Of a stretch of DNA of 64,000 nucleotides, positions 27,510 through 41,629 are shown one piece after another. Location of the stretch: NCBI GenBank assembly GCA_965113315.1, contig OZ220372.1; one strand, written 5' to 3'. The translations under genes and the position numbers were made by a program. The notes beneath the pieces were generated by a model. That model was not told the origin of the DNA and did no database searches. It worked only from the letters and a program-made list of their open reading frames with translations. Position 1 is the stretch's first letter. Each line of letters opens with the position of its first letter. The stretch comes from Podarcis vaucheri (lineage: Eukaryota).

Positions 27510-28712
27510 TGAATGAGTAAACATGTGTCTAAAGTCAATGGATAGAACAGGCACCAGTAGCTGCACCGCTGGATAAATGTTTAATGGTTCTTGTATTGGT
27601 ATTATTATTATTATTTTAAAAAAGAAACCCCCATAAAAATAGTTTTAAAAAGGATTTTCATTTCTTAAGCTACAGTTTTGTGAGAGATGCAGACGGGGAG
27701 ATTTTGTTTTAAGGGTTCTCTCCAAAACTGGGTTTGAAACTGGAATCATATCAAAAGAAGATTCTGTCTTGGTGGGAGCCCATAAAGCATACTTTCCCAG
27801 TTTACTTGACATGGGAGATCATATTTTTAAAATTAAAATACCTTGACTGAAACTTAGCAGTTTCTTTTCAGGCTAATAAACAATGGTTTGTTGAACTAGA
27901 ATCATTGCATCTTAACTGGACCAAAGAGGGTTTTATCTGGACTAATCTTCTAGTTTGCGAGTGAATTTTGCAACCAATATTGCCTGTTTTAGAGAAATTT
28001 AAATTTTATGGTAAGACACATCCTGTCTTAGCTGGAGACTGGGTGATAGGTATCCATAGAATCCCTAGTTCAACCTATTCGCTGTGGTTAGGTCTAGGAA
28101 AGTCCTCTCATTTGAAAAGCTACCTACATGTGCATTAGCCTGCCTGGGCATTGAGATCTACCTCGGAGACCTTGCCCATAGGTCCATCTATATGGTACAT
28201 TTCCTTGCCAGGCATAAAAGACAAGGCCTTTCATGTGGTGGCCCCCAGATTGTGAAAAGGAGGTGTGTGGCTTCCATGCCGCAAATATTTAAGTGGGTTT
28301 TTAAAACCCCTTTCTGGCAATGTCTTCTTTAAATTAGGCCTTGCCCTTTTAGAGAACTGTCTTAGAATAAATAGATTTTTATTTCAGTTGAATTTCTGTT
28401 GTGAACCGTTCAGGGATCTTCAGATGAAGCATGGTACGCAAACAACAACAACATTGTTATTGAATTACAACTCCCCTCAGCCAGGGATGATCAAAGTTGC
28501 AGTTCAACAACATCTGGAGGGCCAAAGGTTCCTCACACCTCTGCCCTACAGTTGTCAATAATTAAATTGGGAAATGTAAATGTGAATTAAAAGCTGCATT
28601 TAGTTACAGCCTATGATCATGCAGGCTGAGACATACATTTGTAATAGAACTGTCTGCTGCCTATGTATGATCTGGTTTTACCACACAGCTATCCCACTCA
28701 CATGTAGTAGAG

Positions 28713-28963
28713 CAGGGGTCAGCAACCTTTTTCAGCCATGGGCTGTCCACCGTCCCTCAGAGCATGTGGTGGGCCAGACTATATTTTGGAAGGGAAAAAA
28801 TGAACGAATTCCTATTCCCCACAAATAACCCAGAGATGCATTTTAAATAAAAGCACACAGTTTACTCATGTAAAAACACACTGATTCCCGGACCATCCAT
28901 GGGCCAGACTGAGAAGGCAATTGGGCCGCATCCGGCCTGCAGACCTTAGGTTGCTTGCCCCTG
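28713..28963. mobile_element. hAT-Charlie-like MITE
   Basis: TIR CAGGGGTCAGCAACCT / AGGTTGCTTGCCCCTG, near-TSD TAGTAGAG / TAGGTAGAG, GGGCCGCATCCGGCC subterminal motif. Confidence 0.8.
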
Positions 28964-31051
28964 TAGGTAGAGTCTCTCTGACCATTATTGAGTGTGATTC
29001 ACTCCCATGTCGGTTCTGTAAGGCACAACCCTTTTTCTGTCCCTTTTACCTGTTCCACCCCCCACCCACTTTGATAAGTACACTGGATCAGAGCCTAGAT
29101 TCAAAGTAAGAGAATAATCTACCCTTCCTTAAAATACTGGAAAATCCTTTTATTTATATTCTGCTTAGGAATAATATACAGAAAGCAATCTTTGCTCTAG
29201 AGACTTCTTTTATGAAGAAGAACAAAATACCACTCTAACTGGAAAAGATGATATAAATATGATGGTAAAATTTATCCCCCAATATGTAAGTTTAAAATGA
29301 TTAGAGAGATGAATAATTTATACCAGTGAGTGTAGCAAAATTGGGAAAACTGGCTCGATTCTGATTTACCAGCCACCCTTAGTTAACTTTTGGAACAGAA
29401 TTTGAAAAAGGAAGCTTTATATATATTTCTGGAACATCGAGAGAACAGCTGCTCTCTTTGTGTGCTTTCATAACATGGTCTAACAATTGACAGATTTGAA
29501 ACTCAGACAAATATCCTGATAAACATAAAACAGAGAGGTGACATCATTATTCATGAAGAGAGAATATATTTTGGCTTTGATCCCTAAGAATGCTTTAAAA
29601 TTAGTGTAGGGCTGGAACATCAGAGGGGGGCTGCATGGCATAAAAATACATTTTTAAAATAAACATAATTTTTAAATTTGTCTGTGAGTAGGGATGGTAG
29701 AAAAAGCCAATTCAGCTTGCATTTAAATTCAAACTTTTTGAAACACAGCCATCCTTCAAAATCTCCAAATTTTGCAGTGCACTTCTCCAGCCAAGTAATG
29801 AGCACAAAAATGCATATCCCAGATTAAAGGTCACATAAAAATGAATATTATTAGTGAAAGTAAAATACAAAATCTGTTACTGTACACTAGAGAAAATTAT
29901 TTATGAAAATGTTGCAAGACTGCATACAAGAATAGGTTTATTAGCACAAATTCACACTAAAATGCTGGCAAAGATGAAAAGAAAAATTGTGAAGAACTGG
30001 TGTTTTGTTTTGTTTTTAAAAAATAAGAAATTGAAGGACCAAACTGACAGATTCGCACCATCCCTATCGATGAGCCACAAAATTTGGGTGCCTTCAGGTT
30101 TCCTTAAAAGGACTTGGATCCCACAAGCCTTGATGAGATATCCACATTAAATCCATTTGTCATTACATATTTTTTTCATTAAATGAATATTGAAAGCAGG
30201 AGAAATTCCTACATGAATAAGCCTTAAGATGGGATGAGCATTCCGAATAAAATCTTCAGCACTTCTTCAATCTTACTCCCTGCAGTGTTGTAATTCCATA
30301 AATGTCAATGTAAAGTTTTAATAGTTCAAAAAAATATTCCATTATTCTGTTGCGTGTAAAATTATCCTCCAATCCTAGCTGTGTAAATGTTGTGCACCAT
30401 TATTATTAGGTGCATAAGAACTTCCAAACAATTTATCTTGGGCCTGTACATGTAATCACATTTTTAAAAAAAGAAGGTATATTTTATTAGGAGGCAAGTA
30501 CCTACACCCATTGTCACCCCCATTGTAAAACATCCAAGTAACTCCCCCTCCCCAGAATTTTTTGCTCACCTACCATGTTTCCACTTTTCTCCCCTGAACC
30601 TTGATAGTGTTTCTTTTTTGAGTCTAGCAATGCCTCCCTGCATTTAGCAACTGTATAACAGGTGTGGAGAAATATTCCATATATTGCTAAACTACAGCTC
30701 TATCAGACACAGCAAACATTGCCAATGGCCTGGATGATGGGATTTACAATTTAGCAACATCTGGAGGGGCAAAGGTTCCCCACACCTGAGGCATAACTTT
30801 TCCAAGTGCGGAAATATTTGAAATTAATATGTCTTCCACTAGTTACTTCCGTGGAAACAGAAAATAGTTTTATTGAGGAAAGCTGACTAGTGTTCAATCA
30901 GCTTCAGGTTACTATCCTGTACCCCAGAAGTGGAGAACCTGTGGCCCTTCAGATGTTGTTGGACTCAATGTTCCATCAGCCCCAGCCAACATGATCAATG
31001 CTAAAGGATGATGGGACATCTGGAGGGTCTCAGGTTTCCCATCCCTGCTGC

Positions 31052-31436
31052 ACCCTAAACAGCCTCGGTCCAGTATACCTGAAGGAGTGTCTCCACCCCC
31101 ATCGTTCTGCCTGGACACTGAGGTCCAGCGCCGAGGGCCTTCTGGTGGTTCCCTCACTGCGAGAAGCAAAGCTACAGGGAACCAGGCAGAGGGCTTTCTC
31201 TGTAGTGGCGCCCGCCCTGTGGAACGCCCTCCCATCAGATGTCAAAGAGATAAACAACTACCTGACATTTAGAAGACATCTGAAGGCAGCCCTGTTCAGG
31301 GAAGTTTTTAATGTGTGACATTTTAATGTATTTTTAATCTTTGTTGGAAGCCGCCCAGAGTGGCTGGGGAAACACGGCCAGATGGGCAGGGTACAAATAA
31401 TAAATTATTATTATTATTATTGTTATTATTATTATT
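31052..31436 (+). mobile_element. Young L2-clade LINE 3' end
   Basis: Open frame LNSLGPVYLKE...LRSS...LLVVP...RAFSVVAPALWNALP...FRRHLKAALF, 3' UTR GAAGCCGCCCAGAG, and (TTA)n tail. Confidence 0.88.
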
Positions 31437-34400
31437 ACCCAGGTTCCTAGGAATAAGCTAAGTGAACTCAGTGGGGATAACTTATGAATAAACACAGAGT
31501 GTAGGATCACACTGTAGATCTGATCTCAGTGTAAATTAGAGGAAGGAACATCTGCGGCTTCCACTAAAATTATGGAAACAGAACATGTGACTTTTTATTC
31601 TTTAAGTATAATGTCCATACTGTGAATCCAGAAATTAAGATCTAAAAGTTCCTCTTTTTTATTATTCAGTGTGGGAAACAAGATTTCTGGGCAACTGTTT
31701 TACACTGATAGAACAGTTCACTTTGCATGAACATCAGGGACTAAGTACTAATCATGCCAATAGTCAGTAAACCATGTCTAAAAGTCTGCTTGTTCCTCTG
31801 GGCTTAATATGGATAAAGAAGTGTTGAAAAGAGAAATTGGGAAATGTGGCTTTTCTGATAAGAAATCCAACCATGAAGTTTGAATTAGTGGCAATGTACT
31901 GGATTTCTTTCCCGGGTGTTTCATTATATTATTGAGACTCTGTCATGGTTTAACTTTCAGCAGAGCATCTTTCTATTTCAGCTGGGGAAGGAAATACATG
32001 AGCCCTCCCCCCCCCCAGCCCTTCCCCACTTAAAACCAATAGAACCAAATTATCGAACAAAAGGAATGTGTGGAGAGTTTGTCACATTATTATTTTACTC
32101 AGAGACTATTCTGCTTAGGTGTGATTTACATGTTTCCTGTGTAAACAAACTTTCAGACCAAGAGGACAGATTGCTCCAGAGGCATAAATCTTTTCTCTCC
32201 AGGAAGTGCAACCATGTACAATCACATTAGTGAAACAGCTGCTCTCTTTGTGTGTCTCACTCGATAGGTTGTTGTTACGGATTCTAACGAGAGTAAAACC
32301 AATTAGCTGATTAGAAATAAGAGAGAACATATGAGTAGCACTGGAAAAATGCATATTTCTGCAGCCAGTGTGCTAAAGAAGTGTTGATGCAAAGATTTCC
32401 AAGGGAAATGGCTCTATAGCCTGTTATTGTTAGCAATGCTAATTGCCCAACAGTAACATTTCAACAGTTGGTACCTTGGTCTTGGGCTGAAATATACTTG
32501 GAAAAATGGGAAAACAGAACATTTATCAGAGCTAACATTCAAAGGGTAAGCAAAGCAAGGTAAGCACTAAATCCAAACAGTTTGCTAGTTTTAGAGTACT
32601 ATAGGGTGGGGATTTTTCAAAGAGGATCTCATCTAAATGTTAATTTTGTGCTGAGTTGTCAAAGCAGATTTTCAAATAACTATCCATATATGTATTAGTT
32701 TAATATTTTCAGGATCAAAGCCATGCATCACATATGCAAGCCAAATGTTCAAAGTGATTAGTGATCTGAATTATATAGGCATTTTCTTCAGTATTTTTGT
32801 GCAGCAAGCCTAGCATTAAAAGTTACCCAGAAATGGTTTATAGAGCTTTCCACATATTTACAGTAAGTGTTCAGTAGCCTTCCAATCAAATGCTCAATTA
32901 TGTTAATCCACTTCTGGGGAGCTGTCCAAGATAAAGGTGTGAAAAGAACTAGACATGGGATATTGGAAACATGGTCAAAACTGCTACAAGAGGCCATTCC
33001 CACCCCACCCTGAAGAATGAAGAGGTAATGGCAATTCACATAATTCCATATGAAACTGGCACATGTCTAAAGTCCCTCAGGCTTTATTGGTGCTCTGTAG
33101 AATATGGAGTCATCCTGCACAACATAGATCCTGCTCAGGTTAGAATTGTAAATAAAAATACTTAACATTTATAGCCTTTTCTAGTGTTTCACTTGTTTGG
33201 TCTAGCTGTAGTCCTTACAATAACCCTGCAAAGTTAGTCAATATTCCTGCATGTTGCAGATGGGGGAGGTGGATGGTGGGAGAAAGTGGATTGTCTAATG
33301 CTACCTAATGAGCTCACAGAAATTCAGTTTGGTGGTTTTTCAATAATTTTAAGAAAGAGGAGCAAGATTGGGGGGAAATAGAAAGAAATGGAAGATAAAA
33401 TGGATGCGGTTACTTTACTGTCGTGCAGTAAGGGGAAACCAAGAGGATTTTTGCTTTGAATTATGAGGAGGCTGAGTTCATAGCACCATGGCCAGATTAA
33501 TTCTGACTACCTTATGAATCACTGGCAGAACCTGGCATGCCCACAAACACCTGGAGACACTGCTTGCTGCCTCCCTCTGCTCAAGGGACCCGTGTTATCT
33601 GCCAATATTTGGGTGAGGTCAAAATAAAACCTCTTTCCTGTAGTCTCTTCTTATATAGGGTTCATCCTGAAGCAGAAAAATCTTCCCCTTTAGAAAGATA
33701 CTGCTTGGTGCTTTCCCAAAGTGGGTAAAAGAAGAAGCAGCAGCAGCAAACCTGGCTTGGAGGTGAGGGAACAGAGGAGGGTGGAGACAAGATTTTGTGG
33801 AAGCTTAGATGAGGCAAGCAAGAAACCAGACACCAGAGTCAGCAGCAAGGGCACAGTACCTTGGAGCAGAAGGACATGGGTCAACATCCTCCAAAGCTAA
33901 ACCAGAGTTGCAGTCCTGCTGCCAAAGACTAGCATAGTTTGATCCGAAGATATTAAGAAAGAAAACCAAGCTCTGATATGCTAATACTGTATACCAGAGT
34001 CAGGCGGGGGCCAGAACCATCCTGATGCTAGGAGTAATTAGTTTTGGATTAGAAAATGTGCCTTTGCAGGACTGCTATGTCCTGGAGCCATTCAATCAAA
34101 GAGCACTCAGAGACCATGAGAAGGAATTAGCAGACTGCCTGGGGACTTTAGGAAATACCAGATTTTTCTGTGAAGACACAAATAGTGTTTATTTGGCCAT
34201 GAGTTTGGGCAGCCAAATATGGGTTGCCCTGTCCATGCAGTTGCAGCAGGGCTTAACAACAATGACAACAACACTTCAAATGTCACAGAACAGATGCATT
34301 TTTCTACCTGGAAACTTATTTCCAATTTTTTTTGGGGGGGGGTGAGGTGGGGCAATGTAACATATGAAGCGGCCCTAGAAACAATGTCCTAAACTGATTA

Positions 34401-36095
34401 AATTGACAGGAACAACATATGCCAAACCTGGGCATTGGTCCAGACAAGTTGCATGCAGTGATTGCTGTTTAGAGGGACTCACTCACTGACTACTTTTGGC
34501 TGAATACATTTATTGTTGGTACATACTCTTCTTTCCAGTTGTCTCATCTGTACTCCAGAGACATAGGCACATAGCTGCCTATGCAGGGCGGGGGGGGGGG
34601 GGCGAACCTAGTGGGGAGTGGTGGGAAGATTAAGGGAAACTGCAAGTGCCCAGTCCTCCTACATCACAACACACTGAACATCACTTCAGTGTCCTGTGTG
34701 ATAATAAGGCAATTAGTCTCATAAGTTAAATTCTCTGTTCAATATGATTACATTGTAGAAATGGTGTGAATTTGGGCTGTGCAAAATATTCAGATGGGGA
34801 AAAGCTGCAGCTCAGGGCAGGGACAAAGCTCACTGCTACGTAGTTGTAGAAGGAGACCGTATGCTCACTGCCCTCTCAACAGCTGTTTACCAGGAAGGAG
34901 AGTGGGAGGGAGTGGGAAGGTTGGTGCAGTGCAAATGAACACCAGATTGGTGTGTTTGCATCACGCCAGCCTCCCTGCCTCTGGCTGTCTTTCCTTCTGT
35001 ACAAGCAGCAACATCATGCGCTACTGCATGCCTGGCATCCACAAGGTCTCATGTTCAGCCCATGACATCATCAGGCAGGTTTGGGAAATGCACTCGTCTG
35101 TCAATGTAGACAACACTGAGCTAGACGGACTCATGTTCACTTCTGACTTAGTATCAGGCAGCTTCCCATGTTCCTAGCTAACAAGAGAATATAAGGGAGA
35201 GCAAATCTTATCCTGCCTGGGTGAGAGGAGGGAGTACAGCAATATGGGATGCTCGGTTTCCATACACTGGTGTGTTAGAAGAAAATGATCAAAAGATGGG
35301 ACTGAACTTCTGAAGACAAGCTAGCCAAAGAGCATCTGTAAACTGGTGCTTGGATTGAAAATGGAAGCCTACAATTAAATTGAAGTGGATCTGATTTTTG
35401 CCAGAATCGGCTCCCCTACAGCTACCAAGCTCTGCTTTTCAGAGGGGATAACAATGCAGAGCTACAAAAGGAACTGCTAGTATATCCGTGTGCAGCCTCT
35501 CATTATGCAGACATGATTAGAAGCTGCAGTAAGCATTCACTTTCAGTGACTGACAGTGACAACTCAGAATTAAACAAAATAATGGAGAGTAATTAAAAAT
35601 GACTTAATTATTTCTTGGAAGACGGCTGTTAATTTCAAGATGAAATAATATTGTTGCCACTAACTGCATATTGATTAGAAGAGAAGAGAGCAAAACAACT
35701 GTAGCTAGGAATTAAATGTTATAGTAGTGCAGAGAATAGATTGTTAATCCCCTTGCAATGCCTTTATGCAGAAGGCATTTTAATGTAGTCTCCCTTTTAA
35801 TTCTGAATTGTTTCTGGTCTTCCCCTTCTCTCCCAAATTATGTGGCCAAAATGAGAAGAGAATAAACTATTGTGCTATGCAAGCTAATACCTTGAAAGTT
35901 ATAAATGTGTAGGTTGCATACAAGAGACCAAAGTTTGCACAAGAACAAAATACTAAAATTGAATTTGGGGTGAGCAGAAACTAGCATAAAATTATGGGAT
36001 AATGTTTGTGAATGAAAGAGGATGAGATATATAAGTAGATATTTTGGTAAAACTCTGCAATTTGGATTGCAGTTCTCACAAAACCTAAATACAAT

Positions 36096-36226
36096 TAGAA
36101 TCATAGAGTCGGAAGGGACCACAAAGGTCATCTAGTCCAACTTCCTACAATGCAGGAATCTTTTTGCCCAACATGGGGTTTGAACCTATGCACCTGGGAT
36201 TAAGAATCTCATGTTGTACAGGCTGG
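36096..36226 (-). mobile_element. SINE with tRNA-Lys-like head and CR1 3' tail
   Basis: Minus strand: catgagattCTTaatcccagg...GGTTCAAACCccatgttgggc (tRNA-Lys(CTT)-like) fused to gttggactagatgacc...ctatgattcta (CR1 tail). Confidence 0.7.
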
Positions 36227-38707
36227 AATTTATTCCTTATTAGATAACATGCAGTGAATGTGTTGCCTTTATAGCAAAAGTTGCTATTCAGTGGTGTTCT
36301 AGAAGTTCTAGGACTACAGTTCCCATAATTCCTAACCATTGGCCTGGATGACTGGTACTGATGGGAACTGGAGTCCAACAACCACAAGTTCTTCATCCCT
36401 GTTTATAGTCTTGTTTAAAGCAGCATCTTGAAAACTAAGTGGAAGGAAAGAAAGGTTCACTACGGTTGCAACTAGAATTCCCCCTCAAACCTGATATTCA
36501 CAGTGGAAAGAAAACTCATTTGTGGAATTGTGTGGAATTTCTTTAAGGATCATGGATGAGCTGAACTCCCGCTCCCACAATGCCATGGTTCCAAACTGAC
36601 TTACTCCATTCCACTCAAGCTGGCCGCTTGTTTTTCTAGAACAATCAGCCACATAAAGTCAATCACATGAGGAACCTTGTGTCTGATTTGTCCTCAGAGT
36701 GAGGCAATGCAAAAACCAGAACTGCAATCTCATATGCAAAAAAGCTGAGCCTTGATTTGCTCCACCCTTTGTCTCAACCTGAATGGGTTTTTTTTGGAGA
36801 GAGAGAGAGAGATTACATAATGTTTTATATTGTTTCCAGCCTTATTCCAATATCACTAGAGAGAGAGAGAGAGAGAAGATAGAACTCTTGAAGACTCAGG
36901 AACAGTGTTACTGTGATCAGTTTTGGAGTGGATGGAGGTGTGTTAGCTAATAAGAGACTATCAGGTGACATCCTCCCCCCCCCCAAAAAAAACCTGGAAC
37001 ATCCCTTCTCTCTTTGAATGTAAAAACAAATAAATCCAGACTCGCTGAGAAGAAAGAAATGTGACATCTTTGTTCAGTTAGAGGAAAACTGAGGTTGATG
37101 CCTCTTTGATACAGTGGTGAGACCCAGAGCCTTGGGCCCTTCATCTAGTAGCAAATATGCTTGCTGACATGGAAGGGCACACCTTGAAAAAGAGCGCTAT
37201 CAAACGACACCATTTTGTAAGCAGTGACAGTCCAGAATAGGGCAGGGCATGTCTGGTTTCCAGACAGCCTGGAAACCAGAAAGTGCTTTTTAGTGGAGAT
37301 GGAGATTTCCCTCCCACTGAGACAGGAAGACAAAGCATAACACTGCATGTGCAAGACGTGAAGCCATTTAGAAGCTTGATGAATCTGAATTAGATGCATC
37401 TTTAACAGTAGCTGGGATTAAAGGCTCGGCAATAACATAAGAGAGATAATTGGAATCTCACAATGCACAGTACTTCACTTTGGCATCAATTTCATAATAT
37501 AATAAAACTTATCATTTTGGAAGCTTGTCTGGTTTTTAGAAAAAGGCTGTGAACAATTCAATCTGTCCTGGTACATCAGACATGGCGTGCAGGTGGCTTA
37601 AGAACAAAGCATTTAATCAAGCAAAATTTTACTTAAACTACCTGATGATTCATCATCAAGTTCTTTCTCCATGTCCGTTGTGCCTTTCTGAGCTATTATT
37701 TATAGAATATTTGAAGAGCCTGGACTCCATGTGCTGCTGCTGCTGTGAATGCTATTGTACTGTAAATTACTGTTTCCTATTCGTTTCTGATTCAGTATAG
37801 ATTGCAGTGACTCATCCTTCTATTTTGATTGATGCTCTTTAGCGGCTGCACTAAAAGTCACGTTTTGTCACCAGTAATGCCTTGGTATTATTGGAATAAG
37901 ACTCCTTTCCTTGAGGGTGGGGGAAAACCCTATATAGTTAGGCAATTTAAGAATAATTTTCTTTTTTTCTCCCCCCTCCCCACTTTTTTTTTCTCAACAG
38001 AAGACTGGCATGCCAAATTGTTTGCAAATTATGTTTCTGTAAATATCACCTTTTGCTCATATTAATTTTGCCTGACTCACAACTTTGCAAAGTATTTTGG
38101 CTTTAGACATTTGACACTTGCTGTTCTATATTTTTCAGAAAGTCTGCTAAACTTCAGGTAAATTTCTTTGGGTAAATGGCTAGGAGTCCAGGTTGCCCAA
38201 GGTTCACTCAGCTTGAATGAGAGGGGTTTTGAACTTAAGCAAATCCTAAAGGTGTCAGCAAAAATGAAAGGGGGAATGACCTAAAAAGGAGCATTTGGCT
38301 TTAGGATAGGAGTGCATTGGTAATGGTGCTGGAAAAAGAGAATTGTGGGGGATTACCTTGGAATCGCAGAAGAAGCCTGCTGCAACAGACGAAGCACCTA
38401 TCTAATCCAGCAACCTGTTTTCCACAAGGGTCAACCAGTTGTCTTTGGTTGTCCTCAAGGAGGACATGAGAGCAAGAGGACTTTCACACTGCTGTTTCCT
38501 GGCAACTAGTGTTCAGAGGTATCCTCCCTCTGATCCTGGAGACAGCCTGTAGAGATGTTGACTGCTGTTGTTAGATTTATTACCCACCTTTTATCAGAAG
38601 ATCCATGGACAGTTTACAAGAGTCGCCATTGATATTAAGTCATTGCAAAAGTACTAAATGTCAAGTGACAGAAAAACAACCAGTTTTAACTGGGATGGAA
38701 GATACCA

Positions 38708-39062
38708 TATTGTTGTTGCTGGCATCCATCTGCCTCAAGAGACAATGGAAGAATGTGCCATTGGGGGTAAAGTCAAACCGTTGGAGAGTTACAGTGCCTG
38801 CTGTGGCTGTAGGGACCAGACATGGGAGAGACATGTTTTATTGCAGCTGGGGCAGATGAAGCTCACCATCAATTGAAAGGTTGTTGGTTATGGTGGAGCG
38901 CAGGTGGAACAAATTGTCTGCCACCTCAAGAGCATGGTCACCAAAGCTGATGCATCTTGACAACGTCTTGACCCAAGATGTTGGTCTTCATCAGGCTGAT
39001 GGTGAGGCCGAACTCCATGCAGCCTTAGGCAAAATGGTTGAAGAGTTTCTGCTTCTGCATCT
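38708..39062 (-). mobile_element. RTE-clade LINE fragment (RT end joined to 3' terminus)
   Basis: Minus strand gives EFGLTISLMKTNILGQDV (38955-39010), a decayed C-terminal CNKTCLS motif and a (CAA)n tail at 38710-38718. Confidence 0.7.
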
Positions 39063-39657
39063 GCAAACCATTTTCACTCTAGAGTTTGGGAACAAATCTC
39101 TGTTCTGCCATAGACTCACTGTTAGTGGGAATCACAGTACTAGGCCTGTTGACCATTTGTGACATCTACTGCAATAATTGCGATCAACCAAGATATGGCC
39201 TCTGAAGCACTTAATGGTGGTATAGATATAATTAACATAATGTCTGTGTTTGTTGGAAAGTTTTCATTTGTGAACGTTGTTCTGCAATTTCTGTTTCCCA
39301 TTCAGTGCTGCACATGCCACACTCAGCGTGGGTGGAGGTGAGATGCACTTTTACATGGCTAATTATACACTTCACCTTAACTACACACTTTGAAAGATGG
39401 CACAGTCTAATTGCAGATCAGTGTCTTTATTTTGTCAAGGTCTGTACCTGGAAAGTTTTGGAAATAAGTAGGTACAGTCTTGGCAGCCTGTTGTAGGAAG
39501 CAAAGGTGTAAGCCCTTGATATCAAACAATAAGGTAAGATTCCATCTGCCAGTCCCCAACTAGAAAAATGAAATAGCAGAATATAGATGCTATCCATTTC
39601 TAAATACCAGTTATGCCTTTATTTGTGTTCTATGAGCTGTTCCTTTTCTCCCTCAAC

Positions 39658-39687
<30 letters not shown>
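39658..39687. repeat. (CA)n microsatellite
   Basis: Direct reading. Confidence 0.95.
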
Positions 39688-39688
<1 letters not shown>

Positions 39689-41539
39689 CACATTGCTTAT
39701 TATTAATGGCTCCTTAGTTGAGATACAGAGGTTTTTTTCCTGCTACCACATCCCCATATTTGTACAACAGTACTCCATAGTATTGCAAAAATAAATAAAT
39801 TCTGTCCTCTGTTACATACTGAGTGATATTAAATGTTAACCATACTCAGAAGGAACCCATTTGAACAAGGGGGCAATACTCAAATGAGTAGAACATTTGT
39901 TCTCTTTACAGTGTATATTTTGATTGCTTCTCAAAAGCCATAATCCTATGCACACTTGCCAGGGAGTAAGTATCACTGAACTGAATGGAACTTACTTATG
40001 AGTAGACATGCAGCAGTCTGCTAGCACAATGGCACTTCTTTGCTTCCTCTTAGCTGCCGAGTCTTGGTGACCCTTGGAAAAGGCTTTGGATGTGGTGCAG
40101 GGAATGCAGCTTGAGAAGGGACTTCACAGAAAAACGCTGAACACCACCTCCATGGAGTGGCCTTTGAATTTAACTCAATGCATCTGGTGGTCATTTCTTT
40201 CTCCTTTCAAAGACCCTGTGTGAAGCAGGGTTTGGGATCCTGTGGCCCTCCAAATACTGCTGGACTCCAACTCCCAGGCAACATGGCCAGTGGTCAGGAA
40301 GGATGGGAATTGTAGTCCAGCAAAATCTGGAGCACCACAGGTTTCCCAGCCCTACCAAAAGTTAATTGGAAAGCAGCATATCTGCAAGCAACATAATTAT
40401 ATTACTGTATTATAATAAATGAGAAAGTCTCATATCCAAGCATTTGTGTGTTAGAAGATTTGACCGTGCCTAGCAAGCCATAAATACTGGTGATGTCACT
40501 TTATTTCTCTCCCTCCACCTCTTTCTTAGTGTGAATAGATTCCAGAAGAGCTAATTAAATTCTTAATCTGATCCTAGGCTGTGAGAAATCTCTGCTTGGA
40601 TGCACATGATTAAGTTCGTCGTCTATGCGATTTCTCTCTCTTTGATTGTGTGATTTCAAGTTTCCCATTACTGGAGGATTTTTAAATTGTTGTCTAAATT
40701 GTTGTCAAAAGGAGCAGCTACTTGAAAATAGAGACTGGCAAAAGGTACTCAAAAGCAAAACAAGGTGAGGGGTGTTTCTGTGTGTTCAGGGCAAGTCCAG
40801 CTGATGATTCGGAGAAAAAGATTCCTCCAGCTTCTAGCTAATTAGCTGTTGATTTAAACTCTTTCTGGCACAGGGCACTGTGTTTTGCTCAGTGTAGGAT
40901 CTCGGTAACTGGCAGTATCAATAAGAGCTTAGAGAGGAAAGGGGGGGAGAAGCTATTATCATCTGTTGAAAAAAAGACTTAACATTTATGTTATTTTTGT
41001 GGTGCATCTCCTCCGAAAGTAGGGCATCTGCAGAAGGCATTAGCTGTGGCTCTGGCATTATAGTTTATCAGCTGGTCACTTTCATATTTTCTAATTGAGT
41101 TCCTCCACCAATGGGGAGGCAGGAAGCATGAGAACTTGCCCTTTAAAATGGCAGCTTGTTAGTTTGTCTGTGTTTTGATCTCTTCTGATGAGAGTGCAAG
41201 GTTTTGTTTCTAACAGAACTACAGGGCTCACACCAACAGATTTATCAGGTTTTAAAAATGTTTCTCAGAAGCTGAAGGTCACAGTTGCTGATTAGACTTC
41301 ATATTTGTGTTCTAGCAGCCAGCAAATGAGTTGACCTGGGTGGAAAGTTTTGCTGAAAAAGGGCAGGGCACATGCTTAGCAGTGATAGGATCTGCTGTGA
41401 TATCAATAATAGCATGAAATTGATATGCATTCTGTATATTGGCCTGCATATTTTTAGGGACTCCAGCATATGTGTGTTGAGGTAAAGTCTATGGAATATC
41501 TAAGCAAGAAGGTCTATAATGTGTTCCAGCTTGGCAATA

Positions 41540-41541
<2 letters not shown>

Positions 41542-41578
<37 letters not shown>

Positions 41579-41629
41579 CAATTAGTGTGTGTGTGAAATT
41601 AGGATACACAGAGAGAGAGAGAGAGAGAG
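41542..41629. repeat. (GT)n and (GA)n microsatellites
   Basis: (GT)n at 41542-41577, (GA)n at 41610-41629. Confidence 0.95.
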
